A DNA stretch of 64,000 bases. Origin: an uncultured Desulfatitalea sp. GTDB lineage: Bacteria > Desulfobacterota > Desulfobacteria > Desulfobacterales > Desulfosarcinaceae. The stretch's first letter is position 1; each line of letters starts with the position of its first letter. The position numbers and the translations under genes were made by a program. The notes under the pieces were generated by a model. The model made no database searches, was not told the origin of the DNA, and worked only from the letters and a program-made list of their open reading frames with translations. The DNA is taken from positions 352,001-416,000 of the forward strand of contig CAXXMB010000002.1 of NCBI GenBank assembly GCA_963668675.2, in the 5' to 3' direction. Below, piece after piece: positions 41,841 through 49,937 of this stretch.

Positions 41841-42923
41841 TTACGGCGTTGACGCTTTCATTGCTTTATTCAGCTCTTTAGCATTCAGGGGTGGCATCCT
41901 AAAATCCGGCTTGTGAATCATCGCAATGGCTTCTGACGGGCAGCCGGACGCACATACGGCGCAACCGAAGCAGCGATCGATATCGACATGGGGAAGATCT
42001 TGATCCCCCATCGAGATCGCTTCGGAGGGGCACCGTCCAACACAGGTTTCACAGGCCACGCAGGCATCAGGATCAAATTGGGGCTGAAAACCGGAATCCA
42101 TGAACAGTGAGGGTTTGGGCGCCTTTAATGCCTGGGTAACCGCCGTGCAGTGCCATCGGTCGCAGTTGCAGATGAAGCCGATACCTTCCGCAATATTCTG
42201 GCTCATGTGGATCAACCCGGCCTCCTCCGAACGATCTAAAACTTCCCTGGCCTCCTGCTTGGTCACCTTGCGCGCCCCTAGTCGTTCAATGGAAAATTTG
42301 GCGGACGACCCGAACTGCATGCAGGTATCGTTCGGCATACCGTGAATGTCTTCACCTCTCAGTAGCGCAGCATGCCGGCAGTAGCATGTACCGACAGCAA
42401 TGAGATCGTTCTCGTCGATGTAGGTTTGCACATGATCGTAGGTGTGAATGACATCTCTGGGATGAACCGTTTTGTCCACCGTGATGACGCGGATGGAGGA
42501 GACTTTCGGGCTCTGATCAAACGGTTTGAGTTTATTGAAAGCCATCTTATAGGCATGAATCAGCCGGGCGTTTCTCTTGTCCCGTTCAGTGACTCGCCCC
42601 GGCAAGAACTGGAACTCAAGGATACCTACCATGAAACGTGCACTTTTATAGATCACAGTGCCGTCCATATCCAAGGCAATGCAGAGTCCCTTGTTGGCCA
42701 TCTCCTCAAGAGTCTGCCTGACCCACTCTACATCCCGGCCCATGATCTGTGCCATCTGATCTGCGGTCACCGACTCTTTGGGCATGGCGTTGTTGACCGT
42801 GGCCTCTTCGGGAGTAAACAGTGCTTTGGCCATTGCAAAAAATTCAGGAATATCCGCCCCGGCATATGATCCACCTCTGGATTTCATCACCTCTAACAAC
42901 TCTCTGTACACATCCTTTTCCAT
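41841..42923 (-). CDS. 4Fe-4S binding protein with N-terminal HTH-like region
   Basis: FTPEEA, CYCR, CMQFG, ICNCDRWHC, CVACETCVGRCP, CFGCAVCASGCP. Confidence 0.88.
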   Translation of the reverse strand: MEKDVYRELLEVMKSRGGSYAGADIPEFFAMAKALFTPEEATVNNAMPKESVTADQMAQIMGRDVEWVRQTLEEMANKGLCIALDMDGTVIYKSARFMVGILEFQFLPGRVTERDKRNARLIHAYKMAFNKLKPFDQSPKVSSIRVITVDKTVHPRDVIHTYDHVQTYIDENDLIAVGTCYCRHAALLRGEDIHGMPNDTCMQFGSSAKFSIERLGARKVTKQEAREVLDRSEEAGLIHMSQNIAEGIGFICNCDRWHCTAVTQALKAPKPSLFMDSGFQPQFDPDACVACETCVGRCPSEAISMGDQDLPHVDIDRCFGCAVCASGCPSEAIAMIHKPDFRMPPLNAKELNKAMKASTP

Positions 42924-42965
42924 TCTTTTCTCCTTCCGCTTCAAGACCGGCTGCCCCTCAAACCT

Positions 42966-42981
42966 AATACCGATCGGTATT
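42966..42981. promoter_or_regulatory. Putative TetR operator (perfect palindrome AATACCGATCGGTATT)
   Basis: 16-bp perfect palindrome 43 nt upstream of the Fe-S gene start; matches the site at 43678. Confidence 0.7.
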
Positions 42982-43046
42982 TTAAAATTCAGAAAAAAAG
43001 GAGCGGCTCAACCCGGGCATGCTCCATGGATTCCCTATTCTCTTTT

Positions 43047-43646
43047 TTACGTTTCTCTTCTCAACTCGCCATTCACCAGGTGAATGATATGATCGATGTT
43101 ACGGCTCAGGTGAATGGTTTTTCCGGTGGCTTTGGCCAGCATGACGCCCCCCTCTATCAGGGAGACGAATACGGAAGCAAACTGTTCAGGCCGCGTGTTT
43201 GCCTGAACCTGCTTCTCTTTGATGCCCCTGTTGATGATTTTGACGACCGCCTCCATCCAGGAGTCGAGCGCCTGGCGGACCCGCTCCTTTAACCCATCAT
43301 GGACATTGTCCGAGTCTACAGCGGCATTCAGGATAGGACATCCGCCGCCGACGGAAAGCTCAGGAAAGCCGTCCAGGTACTGTCCGGCCATTGCAATGAG
43401 TTTGTCACAGGCATTGTCTTTTAACCGAACTGCCTTCTCGATCCGTTTTCTGAAAAGCGAAAAATTGTAGTCAAATGCGGCAAGCGCGATCTCATCCTTA
43501 TCCTTGAAATTACCGTAAATGGCACCTTTTGTCATCTGGATCGCCTGGGCCAGCTGGGACATACTGGTCCCTGCATACCCGTGCTTGTTGAAAATGGGGG
43601 CTGCCTTTTCGATAATGAAATTTTTGGTCTCCAGTGCCTTGTTCAT
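43047..43646 (-). CDS. TetR/AcrR family regulator (LmrA/YxaF-like)
   Basis: IIEKAAPIFNKHGYAGTSM..TKGAIYGNFKDK HTH; GCPILN; IEGGVM. Confidence 0.93.
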   Translation of the reverse strand: MNKALETKNFIIEKAAPIFNKHGYAGTSMSQLAQAIQMTKGAIYGNFKDKDEIALAAFDYNFSLFRKRIEKAVRLKDNACDKLIAMAGQYLDGFPELSVGGGCPILNAAVDSDNVHDGLKERVRQALDSWMEAVVKIINRGIKEKQVQANTRPEQFASVFVSLIEGGVMLAKATGKTIHLSRNIDHIIHLVNGELRRET

Positions 43647-43677
43647 ATCCTATCCTGCTGGTATCTGAATGGCATTC

Positions 43678-43693
43678 TATACCGAACGGTATA
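43678..43693. promoter_or_regulatory. Putative TetR auto-operator inside the tetR promoter
   Basis: TATACCGAACGGTATA lies between minus-strand -35 TTGAAT and -10 TAGAAT (18-nt spacer). Confidence 0.7.
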
Positions 43694-43970
43694 TATAATT
43701 CAAGCGTATTCTTGACACATATCTCTCCAGAAGGCCGATGACAGACCAGCCACTCGACTTGCCGGCGCTTAAACCCGAAAGTTGCGTTATTTTTGTAATC
43801 GAATTGTAACTTTATTAAAGTAAAACCGCTATCTTACCGATAGGGAAAGAAGCGGAATATGATAACTGCCTAATGTTACGGAAATTGGCCCGGGCAATAG
43901 CTATCGACTGAAAGGAAACCGCACTACCGAATGCATCCTGCGTACACCATACCGATTTCCCTGAATTATA

Positions 43971-46259
43971 ATGAAAAATGGGATAGGCGATCTATTCGCT
44001 GCCTGGAAAAGTGCCATGCCACTTGATCAAATCGTGATACAATCGGCAGGTTCGCTCTCCGTTGCCGTCCTGGCCCTGTTGATGGTCGTGCTGCAGCTCA
44101 TTTTGCTGATGCGCAAGCCCCATTTTCTCCTCTACGCCTGGAGCGCGGCTATCTCCTTTTCAGCATTCATCTATGCGATTGGCATCTTCATCGAATACAA
44201 CTTCCCGCCCGGTCCCATCAGTCTCATGGCTGGCAAATTGGAGTGGACTGCCATCGTGTTCCAGGTTCACTGCCTCTTTGGTTTTACCTTTGTTACCATG
44301 GGGATGGATGGCCGGCGTTACCATGCCATTGCAGCCATGATACACTGCTTCCTCCTGACACTGCTTTGGTTTACAGATAGACTTGTTTCCGATCAATTTG
44401 CCACGCGCCATTTCGCTGGAATGGCGCGTCCATTCGTCGAGCCGGCCCTCGGGCCCTGGGGGCATCTGTTTATTGTGTATGCCACCCTGGCGAGCATTGG
44501 CACAATCGCCTTCTGGATTCGACACAATGGCCTGAACCGACGCTACCATCGGCCCTATCTGATCGGTTTCGTTTTCTGGATCGGCCTTGGGATTCACGAT
44601 GGATTGGCGGCATTGGGTATCGTGACCTCTCAGTATCTAATGGAGTACGGATTTTTGGTGTTTTCCATGATCGTCCTGTGGGTCGTATTCAGTAAAAATG
44701 ATGAAGCCGCTTCGGAAGGAAAATATCGAATGATCACCGAACTGGCCAATGACGGTATCCTCGTGATCCAGAACGATCATGTTATTTTCAGCAATCCAGC
44801 CTGCAGCACGCTTTTAGACCGTTCAGTCGATGATATGGCGACGGACGATTTCCTCAATTTCTTGACACCGGCGGACAGAGAACCCCTGACTGCCTATTAT
44901 GATGGATTGACCGATGGAAAGCGAATCCCTGACACCCTCACGCTTCAGCTGAACAGAACAAACGGGACAGAAAAAGTCGTCGAATTCAAAGCCAGCGTCG
45001 TGCAGTACAATCACCAGCCGGCCGTTCTGGCGGTGGTGCGTGACATAACCGAACGTATCCGCGAGGAGAAGGCGCTCAGGCAGAGTGAAGAAAAGGTTGC
45101 CCGGCTTAAAAAAATGGAGTCCCTCGGTTTGCTGGCCGGTGGCGTTGCCCACGACCTGAACAACGTCCTTTCCGGCATCGTCAGCTATCCCGACCTGCTG
45201 CTGATGGAACTTCCGGGAGAGAGCCCCCTCCGTCAACCCGTCCACACAATGAAGAAGTCAGGACTGCGGGCCGCGGCCATCGTTCAAGATCTGCTTACCA
45301 TTGCAAGGGGCGTTGCCGTGGAGAAGCAACCGTTGAGCCTGAACACAGCCGTTCAGAACTTCATGCTGTCTGCGGAATACCAAAATCTCCAAAAATTTCA
45401 CCCCGACGTCTCCTTTAATATCAAAATGGATCGCCAGCTGTTGAACATCAACGGCTCACCCATCCACATCGATAAGGTGGTCATGAATCTTGCGTCCAAC
45501 GCCGCCGAAGCCATCGAAGGCAGCGGTGAGGTGATCGTATCCACCATGAACCGTTACGTGGACCAACCACTGAAAAAGTATGAGGACGTGAAGCCTGGTG
45601 AGTATGCTGTATTGTGCGTCAAAGACAACGGGCCGGGCATATCCCCCGATGATATGAAGCGGATTTTTGAACCCTTCTATACCAAAAAGGTAATGGGCAG
45701 AAGCGGTACCGGTCTCGGCTTGTCGGTGGTGTGGAACGTGATGCAGGATCACGAAGGCTATATCGACATCACCAGCGACAGCAACGGCACCTCCTTCGAA
45801 CTCTACTTCCCCATCACCCGAGAGACGGTCATTGACCTGAACGACACCATCGACATAGAGACGATCTGTGGCGATGGGGAAGAGATCCTGGTTGTTGATG
45901 ACGTAAAGAGCCAACGGGAGATCACCAGCCGAATGTTGAAAAAATGGGGGTATACCACCCATACGGTAGCAAGTGGAGAAGCGGCTATCGAGTTTGTGAA
46001 AAACCAACCGGTGGCATTGATTCTGCTCGACATGATCATGGATCCAGGTATGGATGGCCTGGAAACCTATCGGCGGATTAAAGCGAGCCGACCGGACCAG
46101 AAGGCGATTCTGCTTAGTGGATTTGCTCAAACCGATCAGGTTAAAGAGGCCTTGTCGCTGGGTGCCGGACGCTTCATGAAAAAACCGGTTCTTTTTGGGG
46201 CCCTGGCAAAGGCGGTCAAGGAAGAATTAACTAGCAGCAACTGCCACCTTCCAAATTGA
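43971..46259 (+). CDS. 7TM-PAS hybrid histidine kinase with receiver domain
   Basis: About 7 TM helices, PAS, AHDLNN (H-box), NAAEA, DNGPG, FEPFYTKK, GTGLGL, receiver LVVDD...LLDM...KP. Confidence 0.93.
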   Translation: MKNGIGDLFAAWKSAMPLDQIVIQSAGSLSVAVLALLMVVLQLILLMRKPHFLLYAWSAAISFSAFIYAIGIFIEYNFPPGPISLMAGKLEWTAIVFQVHCLFGFTFVTMGMDGRRYHAIAAMIHCFLLTLLWFTDRLVSDQFATRHFAGMARPFVEPALGPWGHLFIVYATLASIGTIAFWIRHNGLNRRYHRPYLIGFVFWIGLGIHDGLAALGIVTSQYLMEYGFLVFSMIVLWVVFSKNDEAASEGKYRMITELANDGILVIQNDHVIFSNPACSTLLDRSVDDMATDDFLNFLTPADREPLTAYYDGLTDGKRIPDTLTLQLNRTNGTEKVVEFKASVVQYNHQPAVLAVVRDITERIREEKALRQSEEKVARLKKMESLGLLAGGVAHDLNNVLSGIVSYPDLLLMELPGESPLRQPVHTMKKSGLRAAAIVQDLLTIARGVAVEKQPLSLNTAVQNFMLSAEYQNLQKFHPDVSFNIKMDRQLLNINGSPIHIDKVVMNLASNAAEAIEGSGEVIVSTMNRYVDQPLKKYEDVKPGEYAVLCVKDNGPGISPDDMKRIFEPFYTKKVMGRSGTGLGLSVVWNVMQDHEGYIDITSDSNGTSFELYFPITRETVIDLNDTIDIETICGDGEEILVVDDVKSQREITSRMLKKWGYTTHTVASGEAAIEFVKNQPVALILLDMIMDPGMDGLETYRRIKASRPDQKAILLSGFAQTDQVKEALSLGAGRFMKKPVLFGALAKAVKEELTSSNCHLPN

Positions 46260-46463
46260 AGCCCCGCCGGGATGCTCCCCCTCCTTATGGTAAAGGACTC
46301 AGAGACACCGCAGCCAAGGCGCCACTCTTTTTTTTGGTCAAATCGTGATTAGAGTCCCTGAATCGGTCGCCAGTGCCCATCGATATTCAATTGGGCCCTG
46401 CCGACGCAAACGGTCCGGTTTCATGCTCCCCGCCATTGCTAGGCAGGGCTGAAAGGTCATCCC

Positions 46464-47627
46464 ATGAACATCGTCTATCTATCCCCACAATTTCCGCCCC
46501 ACTATTATCAATTTTGCCGTCAGCTCAAGCTCGCCGGCGCCAACGTGCTCGGGCTTGCCGATACCCCTTACGATCAGTTGGCCCAGGAGGTGCGCGACGC
46601 CCTGACCGAGTACTACCGCGTCGACGACATGCACAACTACGATGCCTTGGTAAGAGCCTGCGGCTACTTCACCCACAGGTACGGCAAGATCGACCGGTTT
46701 GATTCGCTCAACGAGTACTGGCTCGATACCGAAGCGCACATCCGTGACGACTTCAACATATTCGGCGTCCGCAGCGACACCATCGGGTTCATCCGCAGAA
46801 AATCGCTGATGAAAGAGAAATTCCGCGAAGCCGGCGTGCCGGTGGCACCGGGAGCGGTGGTGCACACCCTGGCAGAGGCCGCGGCCGTCATCGCCGAGGC
46901 CGGCTACCCGGTGGTGGCCAAACCCGATGCCGGCGTGGGCGCCCTGGACACCCATCGGCTGGAAGATGAAGCCGCCCTGGCCGCCTTTTTCGAAAACAAA
47001 CCGGCGGTGGACTACATCATCGAGGGCTTTGTCCATGGCGCCATCTTCTCTTTCGACGGGCTCACCGACCGCAATGGCCATCCGGTCTTTTACACGGCCC
47101 ACAACTACAGCCAGGGCATCATGGAGACGGTCAACGAAGCTCGCCACATCAGCTACTGCTCGTTAAGGGAAATCCCCGTGGAGCTCGAAGCCATCGGCCG
47201 GCGATGCCTCGAGGCCTTCGATGTGCGTGAACGCTTCTTTCACATCGAATTCTTTAGAACCGACGCTGGGCAGTACGTGGGCCTGGAGGTCAACATGCGG
47301 CCGCCGGGCGGCTACACCACCGACATGTTCAACTATGCCAACGACATCGACATCTACCGCGCCTGGGCCCAACTGCTGGTCACAGGCAAAACGGACCTGA
47401 CCTATTCGCGCAAGTACCACTGCTGCTATGCCAGCCGGAAGAACAGCATCCCCTACCGCCACAGCCACGACGAGATCATGGCGCGCTACGGCCACAACAT
47501 GGTGCAGGTGGTCAGCGTGCCCGGCGTGTTCGGCAGCGCACTGGGCGACATCGGATACATCTTCCGGTCCCCGGAGTTGAAGGCCATCAGGGAAGTGACG
47601 GCATATATTCACGAAACCGCAGCATGA
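46464..47627 (+). CDS. ATP-grasp domain protein (carbamoyl-phosphate-synthase-like)
   Basis: KSLMKEKFREAGVPVA, GYPVVAKPD.GVGA, FFHIEFF, LEVNMRPPGG. Confidence 0.88.
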   Translation: MNIVYLSPQFPPHYYQFCRQLKLAGANVLGLADTPYDQLAQEVRDALTEYYRVDDMHNYDALVRACGYFTHRYGKIDRFDSLNEYWLDTEAHIRDDFNIFGVRSDTIGFIRRKSLMKEKFREAGVPVAPGAVVHTLAEAAAVIAEAGYPVVAKPDAGVGALDTHRLEDEAALAAFFENKPAVDYIIEGFVHGAIFSFDGLTDRNGHPVFYTAHNYSQGIMETVNEARHISYCSLREIPVELEAIGRRCLEAFDVRERFFHIEFFRTDAGQYVGLEVNMRPPGGYTTDMFNYANDIDIYRAWAQLLVTGKTDLTYSRKYHCCYASRKNSIPYRHSHDEIMARYGHNMVQVVSVPGVFGSALGDIGYIFRSPELKAIREVTAYIHETAA

Positions 47628-47747
47628 TGAAACCGGACGGACCAGCCATGAGGAGCGCTTCTTATCTCGATGGCATGGACGTGATCGCCTTAACCCGCCC
47701 TCAGCAAACTTTGAGGCCACGATTGAAAAGCAAATGAGGAAAATGAG

Positions 47748-48497
47748 ATGCACATAGAAGAACACACCTGGCAAAGCCCATCCCTGAACCGCCAGATGGC
47801 GCTCAAAGTCTACGGCCACTGGGGCGACCCCTATATCGTATTTCCCTGCTCCCGGGGGCGCTACTTCGACTATGAGGGACTGGGCATGATCGATGCCATC
47901 GCCGGTTTCATCGATGGCGGCCGGATCAAGCTCTTCTGCGTGGACAGCATCGATGCCGAATCCTGGTACGATTTCAGCATCCCACCGGCCCAACGCAACC
48001 AGCGCCACGAGGATTACGACCGCTATGTCACCGATGAGGTGGTGCCCTTTATCCGCGACCACTGCCACCAAAACGATGTGCGGCCCATGACCACCGGCTG
48101 CAGCATGGGCGGTTTCCACGCCGTCAACTTCTTCTTCAAGCACCCCAACCTGTTCCAGGGCACCATCGCCCTGAGCGGCCTCTACCGCCTAAACCGGCCC
48201 GAGTTCGGCCTGGGCGGCGACGAATTGAAAGATGTCTATTTCAACTCGCCCCTCACCTACCTGGCCGGCCTCTCCGATCCACAGCGATTGGCCACGATCA
48301 GACAGCGCAACATCATCGTCTGCGCCGGCCAGGGCGCCTGGGACGAAGAGGCCCTGGAAGACACCCGCTACCTGGAAGCCATCTGCCGGGAAAAGAACAT
48401 CCCCGCCTGGATCGACATCTGGGGCCACGACGTCAACCACGACTGGCCATGGTGGTACAAACAGATGAACTATTTCCTGGGAAGTATCTACCACTGA
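47748..48497 (+). CDS. Esterase (alpha/beta hydrolase)
   Basis: VYGHWG.P..VFPCS.G, GCSMG nucleophile, LSGLY, HDWPWW. Confidence 0.9.
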   Translation: MHIEEHTWQSPSLNRQMALKVYGHWGDPYIVFPCSRGRYFDYEGLGMIDAIAGFIDGGRIKLFCVDSIDAESWYDFSIPPAQRNQRHEDYDRYVTDEVVPFIRDHCHQNDVRPMTTGCSMGGFHAVNFFFKHPNLFQGTIALSGLYRLNRPEFGLGGDELKDVYFNSPLTYLAGLSDPQRLATIRQRNIIVCAGQGAWDEEALEDTRYLEAICREKNIPAWIDIWGHDVNHDWPWWYKQMNYFLGSIYH

Positions 48498-48563
48498 TAT
48501 GATCGAAAGGTAATTTTTGGTGAGGTTTGCGCTTAACGCGTTGATATTTAGCCAGTAAGCGCC

Positions 48564-48721
48564 CAATGTCATTCGCTTGCGGCTTTGCACCTGCCTCTCG
48601 AGGCGGGCATAAAGCCCGCCCCTATACGGGTCGTGTATGGTAACAAAATGTATTTCTACTCACATTTCGTAGGGGCGGGCTTCATGCCCGCCCGTTACAT
48701 CCGCTTAAGTGAATGACATTG
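48564..48721. mobile_element. Miniature element family A copy 1 (158 bp, IS4/IS231-like ends, internal GTAG-REP doublet)
   Basis: Ends CAATGTCATTCGCTT / AAGTGAATGACATTG (14/15 inverted). Inverted REP pair at 48602-48625 and 48669-48693. Flanks AGTAAGCGCC / AATAAGTTCC (7/10). Confidence 0.75.
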
Positions 48722-48821
48722 AATAAGTTCCATAATATCTGCCGACTTGACCGAACCCTTCAACTAGTGTGAATATCAAAGCCACTCGAGGTCGCCCGCA
48801 ACAGATGGAAAGGCAGAATAG

Positions 48822-49304
48822 ATGACCGACAAAGATACCCGAACCACAGGCCCCCATACTTTTCAGATGCCGGCATGGATCAGCTGCGCCCCCTTCGAAC
48901 GGTTGCTCAACATGGAGATCGTCCAAGCCGTCGAGGGTCGGGCGGTCTTGCGCATGCCATTTTTGATCGACTACGCCCAGGGCGCGGGACTGATGCACGG
49001 TGGCGCACTGGTGAGTCTTGCGGATACCGCGGTGGCCATGGCCATCAAAAGCATCATCGCCCCCGGGTCTCTTTTTGCGACCATCACTCTGGACACGAAG
49101 TTTCTGCTGCCCGTGAAACAGGGCATGGTGACCGCCACGGCCACCGTTAAGAAAGATGGCGACAGAACCCTCACCGGAACAGCAACAGTATATAACGAAG
49201 CGCAGCGGGCGGTCATGGAATTTCATTCAACCTTCAAGATCGCGCGTGACACGAAGATTCGAGGCGTAATTTTCCAACCGCCATCGTTCGATTCAAACAG
49301 CTGA
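48822..49304 (+). CDS. PaaI-family thioesterase
   Basis: PFERLL, MHGGALVSLADTA, hotdog-fold pattern. Confidence 0.9.
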   Translation: MTDKDTRTTGPHTFQMPAWISCAPFERLLNMEIVQAVEGRAVLRMPFLIDYAQGAGLMHGGALVSLADTAVAMAIKSIIAPGSLFATITLDTKFLLPVKQGMVTATATVKKDGDRTLTGTATVYNEAQRAVMEFHSTFKIARDTKIRGVIFQPPSFDSNS

Positions 49305-49406
49305 ACGACCACCTCAAACCTTTTGGCGACAATGCTGACATAAAACGAAAAAGAGAGAAAACGATCAATACGCGCCCTCCCACGATCACGCTGCGTATTA
49401 TCGAAC

Positions 49407-49438
49407 CCGGTTCTCTATGAATCTTCATAGAGAACCGG
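49407..49438. repeat. Perfect 15-2-15 palindrome
   Basis: CCGGTTCTCTATGAA-TC-TTCATAGAGAACCGG. Confidence 0.75.
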
Positions 49439-49546
49439 ATTATCGAGTTCGGACGCCGTGTTGTTCGTATCAGCCATCTGCCAATTTATTCCGCAAGAGC
49501 CGTCCCCGTCGTATCAATCGACTGGGATAGTGCACCAATTTTAATA

Positions 49547-49576
49547 TTGACAAAGCTTTCAAGGGCTTTCTACTAT
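49547..49576 (+). promoter_or_regulatory. Candidate sigma70 promoter for the DUF6351-like gene
   Basis: TTGACA-18 nt-TACTAT. Confidence 0.5.
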
Positions 49577-49937
49577 TTAAAGAATGTTCGACGGTCCTTT
49601 TATGGGGTCCCATAGCCAAAGTTACGTTTCGTTATCAATATGTTCTTGAAGAATTTCTAGCAGATCGCCTTCTGAATCGTTCACACCCGTGAAGATTTTG
49701 GCCCGCTGAGCATTGACCCGTCCCAAGTCCAGTTCCAGCTCAAGATCCGACAGGCAGCAACTTGCCAATGTCATCGGCGATGACCCTCCGAAGCAGATGA
49801 CTCCGGCACCCGTGTTGTCAGTACATGGAACAGTCAAAAGCCGGAGGGCTGCAGGACGCTCGAAGTAAATTGATGCAGTGGCCGTTTCTCCCTCCATTCG
49901 CTTTTCAAACCGAAACGCAACAGGAAAGGGGGACTAC

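Noticed and set aside
46375..46455. GACGCAAA plus GCCCTGCC/GGCAGGGC stem before the ATP-grasp gene, possible riboswitch
   Set aside because: Only one 8-bp GC stem and no GEMM P1 consensus; expected by chance at this GC content.
48602..48693. Palindromic repeats with a spacer, superficially CRISPR-like
   Set aside because: Only two units, inverted rather than direct, the spacer is conserved in the second copy, and there are no cas genes; it is a REP doublet.
49622..49897. 91-aa minus-strand ORF
   Set aside because: No RBS or motif, and it lies antisense in the probable leader of the DUF6351-like gene; not excluded but unsupported.
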